Shown piece after piece: positions 51,560-64,000 of a stretch of DNA of 64,000 nucleotides. The stretch is from Lama glama (lineage: Eukaryota): positions 85,872,001 to 85,936,000 of the forward strand of contig CM052816.1 of assembly GCA_028534125.1 (NCBI GenBank). Reading direction: 5' to 3'. Under the pieces are notes generated by a model. It searched no databases. It had not been told where the DNA came from and saw only the letters and a list, made by a program, of their open reading frames with translations. Position 1 is the first letter of the stretch; every line of letters starts with the position of its first letter. A program made the position numbers and the translations under genes.

Positions 51560-52640
51560 ATGTTTTGCTAAAAACAGTAAGGTTTTCTAAAATTGGTTTA
51601 GTTATTGGTGTACTTTCATTAACTTGGTGAAAATTGACTTTTACTGTGTATGTCTCCTGATACTCAGATATGTATACTATTTGTGAAATATTCTTGCAGG
51701 TGCTTTAAGAGAATTTTATATATTTTCTACAAAGTTTTACGCTTTCTATTAGATTTATTTCCCATTATGTCTTCTTCTCTTATTTGAATCCTATCGCATT
51801 TTCTATTATAATTTTTAATTGGGTTTTACTTCTGTATGGGGAAACTACTGAATTTCTTTGATAGAGTATATATCTATCTATCCATCTATGGCATATTATA
51901 ATACTCTATTTTTTTCCAGTATTTTACTTCATGCCTTTTTTTTTTTAAATGGTTAAGATATTGAGTAGAATGACTTTATAGTTCCCCTCAGGTTGACCAA
52001 GCTTTAGACAAGTTTCTTCCTGACTGTACATTCCTGACCTCCTTTTTCTTAGAGCCTTAGAAAATTTGCCGTTGCATATTTTTCTGTCCTTTAGAGATGT
52101 TAATATTTTTAAAATTCTCTTGGCAGTTTTATAACTCAGGAAGGTCTTTCTCAAGAATCTGAGAGCTATTTTCCTTTGCAATGAAATCAAGAAAGATGGA
52201 ATTCCTACCTTCTAATCTCTATGGGAGGGTAGCAGTCTAAAATTAACAAATGCAGATAGCTTAATAACCTTAACAAACCCCACCCCAAAACCAGTGTGTC
52301 CTCTGGTACTTTTTTATTAGCTCACCCTAGTACTCAAAAAGTTCTGTCATGGTCTGGAATGAAATTTTTCTTGCCTGCTTAACTCTGTTCAGTGCAGTTT
52401 TTCTAAGACTATATCCAGTATTAAATTGAGAAGTGTTTGATTAGTGGGGAAATTTTCTAGGAGGAGGGAATTATCTATTTTTAACTTTTATTTAAACTCA
52501 TATGTAGAAAGCATTGGTAATATAATTGTTTTTATTGTATGTGTAGGTAGAAAGCTTTTGATTACTATTTTTATTTTATTAATGGATATTCTTCAATTTA
52601 ATATTCAGACTGCAGTTGATTACTTAAATATCTAAGTATA
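51560..52640 (-). mobile_element. Old L1 (L1ME-like) ORF2 remnant, interrupted by an LTR
   Basis: ttttctacaaagttttacgctttctattagatttatttccc...ttttctattataatttttaattggg, resuming tccagtattaaattgagaagtg after the LTR. Confidence 0.55.
51962..52410 (+). mobile_element. ERV1-class solo LTR (MER31/MER67-like) with probable 4-bp TSD
   Basis: tgagtagaatgactttatagttcccctcaggttgaccaagctttagacaagtttcttcctgactg...ctttttcttagagc. atat at 51958-51961 and 52411-52414. Homologous to 23818-24339. Confidence 0.8.
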
Positions 52641-53439
52641 CATTGAGTGAACACCCTGATTAGAGTGTATAAAAAAATCAATAAATGATTTTTGTACACA
52701 AGTAAGATACCAAGAGTTCTGAATGCATATTTAGGAACCCTACAGTTAGATTATTTTGCTATAAAAGTTAGATATTTTTAGTGTTCAATACTACACAGAA
52801 GAGGAACATGTGAAGCAGTATTCTCATCATTGTACAATATTTTTGTAACTGGATTACACTGTATAATCCTGTTCTGTGAGTTTGACTGAAAAAATAGTAT
52901 TAATATCAAATCATGTAAGAGGTGATTTTGCTCAAGTTTTGATTTATCTTGCATTGCTCAGATTATTTTTTTTGGCTTCTGAAATACATATTTAACAAAT
53001 TTTTGAAAGTCTTAGAGTATGACTTTTCCCACTGATCTTAATTGAAAATATATAAGCTTGGAGTAGAGTTCAAAAGCAACCTTGTGAAAGTTTGTCTTAC
53101 AAATTTATTTATGAACTTACTGTTAAATATATGCTTATAATTCTGTTTCAACAAGTCTTATTTGGGTGTGGATTTCAGTGGGAGGAGTCAAGAGCCTCAT
53201 ATCTCTTCCAATGGTACAATAAATATTCCATTTGAGGTCTAAGAACAGCTTTACTAGAGAATAAGGGAGGAATTTTTTAAAAATTTCTCCATTATCATAT
53301 TCAGGTTGCTACTAAAATAGATTGGATTATCACCAAAAAGTATGAAAACAAATATGCATTTAAATAGGGTAAATTCTATTATCTGTGCCTGAACAGGTGC
53401 TCAGAATACAATATAAATAATCTTAGCCTTAACACAAAA

Positions 53440-53580
53440 TAACTGATGTAGTAACTTATATTTATACAGCACTTAAAATGTCTCATGCATAGTTAATATA
53501 TACTGTTCTTTCAACATCACTATGCTATCGGTACCATCATTTCCCTAATTGACAGATTAATAAACAGAGAAGATATACAT
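53440..53580 (-). mobile_element. MIR fragment
   Basis: aacttatatttatacagcactta...ctatgctatcggtaccatcatttccctaattgacagattaataaacaga. Confidence 0.55.
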
Positions 53581-54580
53581 ACTTTGTCTTTTGGTTATGA
53601 GATATGTAGATGAAACACTTCTGAAAATCATTCGAAAATTAACATTGCATTCCACGCATCATTCATTAATTCCAAGTTCTTACATGTGGACTAAAAACAC
53701 AGTATTTATCAAATGTCTAGTGAATGTAATATGTCACAAAAATTTAGGTAATATTACTTACTTTCAAGGAATTTAAATTAATTAGTATATTTTAGAAGAA
53801 ATATTTATAATTATATATATATAAATCAGTATTTAAAAGACATTTACTGTAGAAAAATATTGCAGAATCCCCAGGACTTTCTGGTGAAATGATCCACAGA
53901 TTGGATATTTTAAATTCATTACTTGAAAGCTCCTTGTTCCTCAGTCTCATTATAAACTAAAAAAGTAAACAAACAGATGGCAGAGAAGAAAACAGAAAAC
54001 TGCAGGTTGTTCATTGTGTCCTCTCATGGGGAAATTTTTTTAGTTAATCATGGAACAGGAAAACATGAAATATATTGTAGGTGATTTATTTTTTATAAAA
54101 TAAATTCATTTTAAAATAAAATTATTTTATCTATTTTGGAGATTAGGGAATTTTTGTAAAGCCAGTCATATATTTCAGGGAAATAAATTGAGGCACGTGT
54201 GAGTTGAGAAGAGTGATAGTTGTTGAGGGACTTAATGTGTATGGCAGATGTCTCAAGGCATCACATAAGTCTGAATTTGATTCTATGGAATCTACAAGAC
54301 TTGCATGACTTCAAATATAACATGAGCCATTTCCAGAAATCATTTTCAAAATAGTTAAAATTCATGATTTAGAAAATTGAAATATCTAAAGAAATGGAAA
54401 ACTGCTCTACAGTAATTAGTAAATGCATGTGATTGGACATTACTATTCCAAGCACCTGAAAGAAAAAAAATGTCTATTTAACTTCGAAAAAGTACTGACT
54501 CTGCCTTTCAGATCTATAAACTTTCCAAATATATATATATATGCTTGAATTTCTTAACAATTTTCTGTCTCAGTTGAATT

Positions 54581-54615
54581 CAAAACAAAACGAAACAAAA
54601 ACAAAACAAAAAAAA
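54581..54615. repeat. (CAAAA)n simple repeat
   Basis: caaaacaaaacgaaacaaaaacaaaacaaaaaaaa. Confidence 0.85.
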
Positions 54616-56706
54616 GGAAAGGAAAAGAAGCAACTAAAAATGACTTTCCCTGATATTTTTCATTCTGATTTAAAGTCTCCATAGTTCCATTACTTCAACT
54701 TTACTCTGCTTTCTGGTTGTTTTGATTTATCTTTTAAAATTTATTAAAACATAATTTTCTTATATTAGTTTCTAATACTAATAGGACTCACTATATAATG
54801 CTATCTTTTTTTTACTTTTATCCCTCCCTAAACTAACAGAGGAATGATTTATAAGTACCCAATACATAGAAATATGAATGAATGAATAAATAAATTAAAA
54901 AAATCATTAGAAAATTCAAGATAATCATTACAATCTAAATTAAATTTGCTCTACCTTTAACATTAAGAAAAGTGCATGTCAATTTTAAAAAGTTTAAAAG
55001 TATAGTAAGTGGAAATTAACATATTGATATGAAAGTAAAGGACATATCTACAGTGAGTCTTAATAATTTAATAATCAAAGAAGTACTTTGTTATTACTTT
55101 CACACTTGATGTATTAAACAAGAATTACCGAACATTGATAAGTAGCAGTATGCAGAAAGGTGCCTGTCTTCTTAATTACATTTTTATCTCTAATTGCTTA
55201 TTATTATGATTTTGTTTTCTGAAGCTTACCAGAGTAAATATACTTAATATTTTTCACATTTATAAAATATACTTGAAGGGTACTTCTTTTAGTATGTATA
55301 GTTCAGGATTTTTAATATCATTTTTTAACATTATTTCTTACCACTAAGAAAATGATAAATTTCATTGTAAGTTCCTGATTCAATATCAGCTTCTTTCTTG
55401 AACAAGAGAGCATGACATCCATGAGGTCTCTCATAGCATTGCTAGTAGTTAAGTTTGAATGTCTCAGTTTGATTGTCTTGTGTTCCCTCTTGCTATGTTA
55501 CTTCACCTGTGTTTCTCCCAATTTTGTGTGTTTTCCGTCATAATAGGACATAGCTTTCATTTCGAAAGGTTCTATTGACTTCCTCTTCTAGTGGAGCTTC
55601 CAAAAAAAGCATTTGGATTTCCTACTGTTTCAGAGAAAATATTAAATCATTTGGCAGATATTTTAAGCCTTGCTACCTGGCAGGCATTAAATACTTAGAT
55701 TGTTTTGCCACTTCAAACAGTGCAGACCTCTGACAAGAACAAAAGGAGATAGATAAAAAAAAAAGTATAATAAAAAAAGGAAAGTACAGAGGAAAAAAGT
55801 AGGATAGAGGGAAACATAATGGGGAATATTTAGCTGTGCAAAGAGTGCTTACATACTTGCAAATATAATAATTACAACATTTAAAATTACAGTAAAAATA
55901 AAAATAGATTATGAAATTATTGGAATAAAAGGGATGTGAACAGAATTGAACAGAATTTTAAGCAAAATAAATTTAAAACTAGCCATTTCTTATACTTTGA
56001 GAAAGGGAAAAACTAAAATCTTTGTTTTGAAACCTTCCATTTACACCTTTACTAACAAATTGAATGATATCACCATAGTTAAAAAGACACATTTTGACAT
56101 TTAAGGATATATGAAAATTCAGAGAATTAATTATTTTAACTTTTAGTTAACATGAATACATTAATTTCTCTAATGAATAAAAAATAAATTTAAAGAAAAG
56201 TTTTGCATTTTAGTATGACATAAATATCATGTCTGTTTTAGTACAGTTTACTATTTAACAAGAATTATCTCTGTATACCATAGGTATAATAAAGCATTCT
56301 AGCAAGAATTTTTTAATATTCAATATTCTTATAAGGTACTTGAGGCTTTTATTGCTATCTCTTTGTCTCAATGAAGTTCCATAATTCATACAATTTAACA
56401 TAATTGGAAAGTGGCAAAACTGATTTAGAGCCAATTCTACTAATCAAAAATGTTATGTTTCTCTTTTGTTGTTATTAACTGATTCTGCTGAGTGAGGAAT
56501 TTTGTTTATGCACACTATATGTTTCATAACAGTTTTTAAATATATAAATTTTTCATTATATCACCATGCAATGTAAGGTTAGTACCTTTAAATCAGATCC
56601 ACAGTAATACTTCTCTCTGGTTGTGATGTAACCCATCTTTCTGTTTATGTTCCCATTGTTTTTCTTTGTTGGATAAGATATATCTTGAAGCCATTGTTTT
56701 TACCAC

Positions 56707-57800
56707 CTTTTAAAGAAAGTATTGTTAATGTACAATATTATATAAATCACAGGTATATAACATAATGATTCACAATTTTAAAGGTATACTCCTTTTATAG
56801 TTATTATAAAATATTGACTAAATCCCCTGTGTTGTACAATACATCCTTGTAGCTTATTGGTTTTATATGTATTAGTTTTTACCGCTTAATCCCCTATTTT
56901 GTCTCTTCCCCTTCCCTCTCCCCACTTATAACCACTAGTTTGTTCTCTATGAGTCTGTTTCTTTTTTTATTATATTCACTAATTCATTTTATTTTTAAGA
57001 TTCCACATATAAGTGATATCATATACTATTTATCTTTCTCTTTCTGACTTATTTCACTACGGGTAATACCCTCCAGGTCTAACCACATTGTTGCAAATGG
57101 CAAGATTTCATTCTTTTAATGGCTGAGTAATATTCCATTTGTATATGTAAATGTCACAACTTCTTTATCCATTCATCTGTTGAAGGACACTTAGGTTGTT
57201 TCCATATCTTGGCTATTGTAAATAACGGTGCTATGAACATTGGGGAGCATGTGTCATTTTGAATTAACATTTTCGTTTTCTTTGGATATATACTTAGATG
57301 TGGATTTGCTGGATTTTATGGTAGTTCTGTTTAGTTTTTTGAGGAAACTCCATACTGTTTTCCATAGCGGCTGCACCAGTCTAAATTCCCAACAGTGTAC
57401 CCTTTTCTCCACATCCTCTCTAGTATTTGTTATTTGCAGACATTTTGATGATAGCCACTCTGCCAGGTATGAGGTGATATCTCATTGTTGTTTTAATTTG
57501 AATTGCTCTGATGATTAAAAATGTTGATTGTCTTTTCATGTGCCTGTTGGCTATCTGTATGTCTTCTTTGGAAAAATGTTTATTCAGATCTTCTGCCCAT
57601 GTTTTAATCATTTTGCTTATTTATTTTGTTTTATTTTTTTGGTGATAAGTTGTATGAGCTATTTATATATTTTGAATATTAACCCCTTATTGGACATATC
57701 TTTTGCAGATATTTTCTCCCATTCAATAGGTTGTCTTTGTGATTTATTTTGCTGTGCAAAAACTTCTATGTTTAATGAGGTCCCATTCATTTATTTTTGC
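56707..57800 (-). mobile_element. 5'-truncated LINE-1 (3' UTR plus ORF2 C-terminus), cetartiodactyl-type 3' end
   Basis: ORF 57420-57611 [25 protein letters not shown]...IKTTMRYHL is the L1 ORF2 C-terminus. The 3' UTR reads gtacaatattatataaatcacaggtatataacataatgattcacaattttaaaggtatactccttttatagttattataaaatattg. Confidence 0.95.
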
Positions 57801-58014
57801 AAGAATATTAAACAATTCAGAAGGAAAACAAAATATAGATATCACCTAATACTGTTTATGATTTCATTATTAATTCCATTTTGTTAGATAGGCATTCATA
57901 TCATGAGAGGAAGACACGTTCAGAACTTATTATATATTTATGTTCTACATATAATACCTATTTATAGTAAAATTTTGGTGAGTTATTATGATTAACAAAC
58001 AACAAAAAAAGTAT

Positions 58015-58190
58015 ACCTTAGTGATTAAAAACAAAAACTCTGAATAGATTCTTTTAATTCTGACTCTACCTGTTATGAGAAATGTTAGATAAGATCTTTT
58101 TATCTCAGAGTCTCAAGTTCTTTATTGGAAAATTACTTTTTCAGAGCAAATCTTATATTGCTGATTACCTGTTAAATGTTACATGAAGTA
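58015..58190 (+). mobile_element. MIR fragment
   Basis: tagtgattaaaaacaaaaactctgaatagatt...aattctgactctacc...tctcagagtctcaagttctttattggaaaa. Confidence 0.6.
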
Positions 58191-58237
58191 TAATAACAGA
58201 AATGTCCCAAGATTGACATATGACATGGGAGAATGAT

Positions 58238-58332
58238 AATCTATTTTTATTTTTTCTATTTTTCTCTATTTTTTTATTTTTCTATTTTATAATCTGTATT
58301 TTATCTATTTTATAAATGATATCTATTTTTTT
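58238..58332. repeat. Low-complexity (TCTATTTTT)n-like tract
   Basis: Repeated tctatttt units read directly. Confidence 0.75.
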
Positions 58333-59259
58333 TCCTTTGGACTATTATGCATTCCTCAATACTGGTTTGAAAATAGGAATCATTCACATTTCTAAAGCTA
58401 TTTTTCAACTGTTAAAAATCAGTTAGAGGAGGAACCAGGGTGAGAGAAAATTCAACCTGGGTGAGAGAAATCTGTAATTCATAACTATAATATTCTCCTA
58501 TTAGAGAAGAAGGAAACCTGAAACTATTTAATTTAAATGATTTTTAAGGATATCACATATGACAGGAGAAATGCTTTATTTTTGTGGAAATATTTATAAT
58601 TTCTATTTACTTTGTAGATTCTATAATTTTTCATTTCTATATTGTCTATTTGAAGAACAAATTTATAGAGCACTTGTAACACAAAACAAAATGAATAAAA
58701 TCCTAATCACCTATTGTAAGTTATGAAAAGGCCAGTAGCAATTTGCATGCCCAAAGACAGCAGGGTAACAGAATCTTAACGGAGTTAACAGGAGCTTGGC
58801 AGTTTTAAATCTTCAAAGGCCACTTTATTAAAAGCTGACAGAAGAAAATTTAGAGTTTACCTATTTCAGAGAGGTAATTTTCTATTTTATAGTAGGAAAC
58901 ATGATTTTTATGTGAACTGTATATTTCAATAGACAGTTACTACTTTTTTGATGGAGAAACCTAATTTAAAATAACTAAAATGAAATACCTATTTAGTACT
59001 TATAGAATTAAACTAAATGCATGCCCTTAAGAATCATCAAATATAAATCCTTGTTTTTTTCATGTCACTCTCCTAACTGATGTGAAACATTGCAAAATCT
59101 CATTACTCCTAAAAATAGTAACATAGCTATCCTTTGTATCTTACCCATTTTGTACAGTTAACGCGTGTATTTTTTCCTTAAGTAGATCATGAATTTTCCA
59201 ACAACATAAAAACTGTTTCATGCATTTTTATCCATGACAGACATCCTCATCATCTTCAT

Positions 59260-59609
59260 TGTTAGGGATGGACAGGTTTAGCTAGATAGAAATAGACAAC
59301 AAAATCTCAGTGCTGATTAGTATAAAGGTCGATTTATACTGAGTCCGATGGTAACTCAGGGCTGTGGACTCATTGTTTTTTGATAACACCATCTTCATCA
59401 TGCATCTTCACAGTTTCTTAAACAAGGAAAGATATATCTAGAGATGTGCACACAGAATACATTTAAAGTCGGACATGTTAATGTCTTATTATCAGTTCTA
59501 CTTACATACCATTGGCTCAAATATCATAGAGCCCTAACTTAAGAGCAAGGGAAGCTAGAACATAGAGAAGAACATGTATATTTGCAGTATACTAACAGTC
59601 TCTGCCACA
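59260..59609 (-). mobile_element. Old MaLR LTR (MLT1J/K/L-like)
   Basis: aacaaaatctcagtgctg...ccattggctcaaatatcatagagccctaacttaagagcaagggaagctagaa...aacagtctctgccaca. Confidence 0.7.
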
Positions 59610-59639
59610 ATTATCCTAATCCATAAAATAGCAGATATG

Positions 59640-60297
59640 TCTATGGGCTTAACATGTCAGATTCTGTTCCTACTGTTTTATGTATATTGACCCACAAACT
59701 ACCACTTAACTGTATAAGATAAATACTATTAAAAATCTCACCTTTTATTTAGAGAAACATAACTGTATAACAACAAGTCTCAAATCTTCATCGATTTACA
59801 TGATGCAAACTTATTTCTCACTCATATCACAGCAGGTTGCATATGGAGCAGGGAAGCTGCTTCTCCCAGCAGTCATTCAAGGACATTGCCATCTTCCGTG
59901 CTTTGACTTGGCAGTGGACATCATCAGAGTTCTTTACTTTTTACATGTTGATGGGGGAGAAGGACAAGATTATACTCAAATAAATTTTATGGGCCAGGAG
60001 AGAATAGTTACAATCACTTCTTTTCTCATTTCACTGGCTGGAACAAATTCACTTGGACCAATGTAAATATATACGAGATGGGGAATATATTTGGAATCTG
60101 TATCTGTGAACAAACAGAAAACCTAGATAGTGATGAGTCCTGGCAGTTGTTACACACCATTTTTAGGTAGGAAATCAGGAAATAAAGAGCTTAATTACTT
60201 ACTCAAGATCACACAGTTAGAAAATCATAGGGAAAAAAAAAGTTGAATCCATGCAATTTGTCTTTATAATCTGTGCTCCTACCCACTATACTATTTC
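59640..60297 (-). mobile_element. MIR split by an old MLT1 LTR (LTR ~59745-60155)
   Basis: MIR pieces at ~59640-59740 and ~60157-60297 (ttaattacttactcaagatcacacagttag...ttgaatccatg). Between them lies MLT1-like aacttatttctcactcat...cagcagtcattcaaggac...atttcactggctggaac. Confidence 0.65.
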
Positions 60298-60452
60298 AAA
60301 ATGCTTGCAATTTACGCAAATGCTTAATGCACATTCCTTAAGCAAAAGACTGCAAAATAGACAAATTTACCCAGAATTATCCTTTCTACATTTTAATTAG
60401 ATGATTGGATTTGGAACAGATCATTTTACCCAGATACTTGACTTAAAATACC

Positions 60453-60485
60453 TTTATTTGTTTGTTTGTTTGTTTGTTTGTTTAT
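60453..60485. repeat. (TTTG)n microsatellite
   Basis: tttatttgtttgtttgtttgtttgtttgtttat. Confidence 0.9.
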
Positions 60486-62129
60486 TTTCCGGCATCCACT
60501 TGCTGTCATTTTAATATCACTAGTAAGGTATTGCCCAGGAACATTGTAGTATTTAATTATTTGGAAAATATTTTGTAGTTATTCAGTTTTATATCAAGAG
60601 AGTTTCTCCTTTCCCCCACTGCATTTGAGGATTAGCTGTGCAGTCTCTCATCTGTTGATTCAACTTCCTTATCTTCACCTTCTTCTGTTTCAGCAGATAC
60701 CCTTCATGATACAGACAAATTTGGAGTAGCACTCATTTTCCTAATCAATTGAGACAGTCTTCACAAGGGACAGAATCACAGAAAATGTTTAAATGATTAT
60801 TGAGGAAAAAACGAAAAGAAGATAGTGGATTATTGAATAATTCTACCTTAATTTTGGAGAAAGCCATTTTAGGATCGCTTTTTCCTCCAATGGGGAAGAA
60901 AATAAAAAGCAGAACAGAAGGAAGGGAGAATAACTTTCACATGGGATAGGAAATAGTTTTTTAAACATCTTACTTTCCTGCCTTAACTGAAAGGAAATTA
61001 CTATAATGTTAATGGTCTGTGAATCTTTAATTACAGATGACTGTTCGTGTTAGTATCTGTCCTCAGGGCAAAAATGTGAACACATTACACCACAAGAGAA
61101 GCAACGAAATGAATTTATGCTTTAATGAGCTGTGCAGTCTTATTATTCACCTAATATAATATGACACTTTGACTTTGTACTGGAAACAAACTGGGAATAT
61201 GAGGTCCAATTTGTATTCAGGGAGATTGTTTACTCTGAAAATTTATCCAATGATTAGTTATTTTTTTCTTTTATATCTTGAAGACTTCCTTTTATTGTTT
61301 TTTTCTTTCTATTTTTAATTAGTTTAAAGTAATTATTTGAAAATTCAACCTTAATTTTCTCTCTAATCTAGAGGGAAATTATTCATGGAAAAATCTCATA
61401 TTAGGTTTGTCACTTCACTATGACACTGTGTGTTTTGCTATCCATATACAAACAAGCAAAATTAGACCTAACAATTGCCCCAAATGCTAATGACCCGTCC
61501 ATCGAATGAAGTATTTTTCATTATGTAGCATCACCAGATTTAATTGAGCATTTAATTCATAGTTAGTCACTCTGCTGGTTACTTGGTGATTTATGTCCAA
61601 TCCTCACAGCAAAGCTAGAAGGCAGAGTTGGTTTAAATGAATAATCAAAACCTAAACCTTTGAAAATAAAAAAATCATATAAATCCAGTAGATAGGTTAG
61701 TCTACTTGTTTTTATTGTCATTGCTTATGGACCAAGTGTGCTGCATGTGGGATAAGACAGAAATGACAAAGGCAATGAATGAAACTTACAAACACTGTAG
61801 TTATCATAATATGGAAAATTAAATATTATTTTAAGGGCCACAGATATTAAATAGTTAATCAAATTTTTATTTCTATTACAATGTAAAACTTATATTCCAA
61901 AGCTATAACAACAGTTCTATAATACAGATGATTATTTGCTTTCTTCAAGTACATGAAGAGAACGTTTTTTTAATCTTTCTGAGATCTACTTGACAACAGT
62001 CAAGGGGACTTGAAGCTTCAAATCTAAGTAAAGCAATGAAATTTTTGTAGTTGGCACTGAGAGAGAGAAATAAGTTCTGAGAAAGTAAAAATTAGCACTA
62101 CCTATAAAAGTGAATAAGATAAAAATATT

Positions 62130-62760
62130 TGAGGCATTTGATGCCTTGTATATTGCATAGGTATTATTATCTCCAATTTAAAATTGAGGAGTATGAAGGT
62201 CAACGAGTATCAGTAACTTTACTCATTCAAAATGTATTTATTAAGTTATAGTCTGTGCTAGACATTGCTCTGAAATAAGAATTGTAGAAGTGATAATATT
62301 GACCCGTTGTAAATTCATGCAGCAGTATAAGCAGTCCCAAAAATATTTACTTAATTTAAATTGTGTAAAGTTCAAAAAAGACAAGTAGAAGGTGTTATGA
62401 GAAATATGAACTAAGAGTTTGATCTTCTATAGATGTCAAGGAAAACATCTGTGTAGAATTGCAATTTAAGAGGTCACTTGGAAGTTTATATGTTTATATA
62501 TATTTATTTAATTACATGCGTAAATATAAGTATGAGCAAGAGGAAAGAGGAGAAAGAGAAGGGAAGAGAGAAAGTAAAAGACTGAGAAAGAGTGAGACAC
62601 AGAGAGTTTATACTACATCTCCATCTGTTTCTGACCCAGTGAAAATTGGATAGTGTAGGCAATTGAGAATAAGAACATAGTTCATATTTTATTGCTGCTG
62701 AAGGCAGAATGGAGAAAATGGCTTGGAAAAGTAACGTGTACTTACTGTCTTTTCATCCTA
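62130..62760 (-). mobile_element. MIR fragment (~62130-62220) followed by L2 3' region (~62220-62760)
   Basis: taggtattattatctccaatttaaaattgagga, then actcattcaaaatgtatttattaagttatagtctgtgctagacattgctc...gtcaaggaaaacatctgtgtag. Confidence 0.65.
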
Positions 62761-63739
62761 GAATTGAATTTACTTAACAACCTAGTAGAAGTTGAAGAAA
62801 AGAAATCACAGGTGAAAAGTTCTTATTGTATTTGTGAGAGTACTGTATCAGTATCCATGAACATGATGAGCAAATTAATCTATTAAAAAATTTACTTTTG
62901 GAATTTATGAATACTAACTAATATGCTTTAAATATTAATATAATCATGTATGTTCCTCTTTTGTACCTATTCTACTTTATGCATTAGTATTTTCATTCTA
63001 CTTCAACATTCTACATTAACTGCTTCTACTTTATAATTACCCCAAACTAAAATCTCTATTCCAGCTACTCTTCTTTTCCTTGCATTGTTCAAATATCAGG
63101 TATTTTTCCTTCCCTTAATTGGATGATCCCCACAAGCTGGGAAGCAATGACCGTTTTAATTTCTCATATCCATCACCTTTCCTCTTTCTCTAGTTTTTCA
63201 CCCCTAAATTTGATAAATTCTTGTCACTATAATTAGCTCCAGCATACATATTTAGTGGCATTGTTGTCAGTGTTATTAACTTCATCACATATACTCAACA
63301 AAACACTAATTCTTCCCTCAACCTTACATTAAATTTGCATGTTCATTATGCTCACTTATGCATCTAATCTGTCTATGAAACATATATCTCAACAGCCTAA
63401 AATTTTTCTTAGAACAATATAGCTTCTCATAGCAAATGAATAGATGAATTCATCTCAGAAATTCATAATTTAATTGATTTATAGAAGAAGTAAGCATTAT
63501 AAATCACACAGTATATGCTAATATGTCTTAGGAAAGACACTGTATAAAAATGTTAGAAATAAAAGAGGCCAGAGAATTTTATGATCATCAAACTTTAAAG
63601 TGTGTAAGTGAAGTTGAGTATATAGGAAGATGTGTAGGCTTAAAAATGTATTAACTTATTCTGTGTCTCTGTATCCATATTTTATTGACATTAAGCTTAT
63701 TTTGTATGCTTTTCTCTTTTTAAAATAATTTAAAATAAC

Positions 63740-63965
63740 CATTCATTTATTCATTCATCCAACAAATACCTATTAAACAATTTACTTGTTCTAAGTTCTC
63801 TTGCATGTGTTGTAGAAAGGAATGAAACAGAACAAAAATTTACATTCTAATAGAAAGATATACAATATATACAAAGGTAAAAGTCATTGAATGTAGTGAA
63901 AGAGATGATGAGAAAATTAAGCAGGAAGAGTATGTGGTTGTGGCAGGTAATATTTTTCAAAGGTA
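63740..63965 (-). mobile_element. L2 3' end
   Basis: cattcatttattcattcatccaacaaatacctattaaacaatttac...tacattctaatagaaagatatacaat. Confidence 0.8.
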
Positions 63966-64000
63966 GCTACAACTGTATCACTCATCCTACATACTGCTTT

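Noticed and set aside
57420..57887. ORFs 57420-57611 (-) and 57528-57887 (+) as genes
   Set aside because: These are the L1 ORF2 C-terminal remnant and its antisense shadow.
58433..58474. 21-bp tandem duplication aacc(a/t)gggtgagagaaa
   Set aside because: An ordinary two-copy slippage duplication with no further structure. The same applies to ~32273-32311 and 46781-46805.
413..62886. The ORF track as host protein-coding genes
   Set aside because: All entries are 122 aa or shorter, many start at non-ATG codons, and they have the F/L/I/K-rich composition of random AT-rich DNA. The only recognisable peptides are L1 ORF2 fragments.

Overview
This is AT-rich, CpG-depleted mammalian non-coding DNA (intergenic or deep intronic). 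I can support no host protein-coding exon. The ORF-track entries are short chance ORFs or fragments of L1 ORF2. Much of the window is fossil eutherian transposable element sequence: L1 pieces, L2, MIR, MaLR (MLT1) and ERVL LTRs, two related ERV1-type LTRs, a ~4 kb decayed ERVL gag-pro-pol-dUTPase interior, and hAT MITEs (MER53, MER58). The younger L1 3' ends resemble laurasiatherian/cetartiodactyl families, and I see no lineage-specific SINEs, which tentatively suggests a camelid. Family names come from recalled consensus sequences, not a search, and boundaries are approximate unless a target-site duplication (TSD) is quoted. I found no convincing new biological system. The most interesting items are a tailless retrocopy of the 5' half of tRNA-Phe with a 17-bp TSD (~38.2 kb), a GC-rich A-tailed insert that looks like a retrocopied mRNA 3' UTR (~24.7-25.05 kb), a nested MLT1 provirus with a 44-bp templated insertion (~20.2-23.3 kb), and a MER53 hairpin carrying a miR-1302-like sequence (~12.6 kb).
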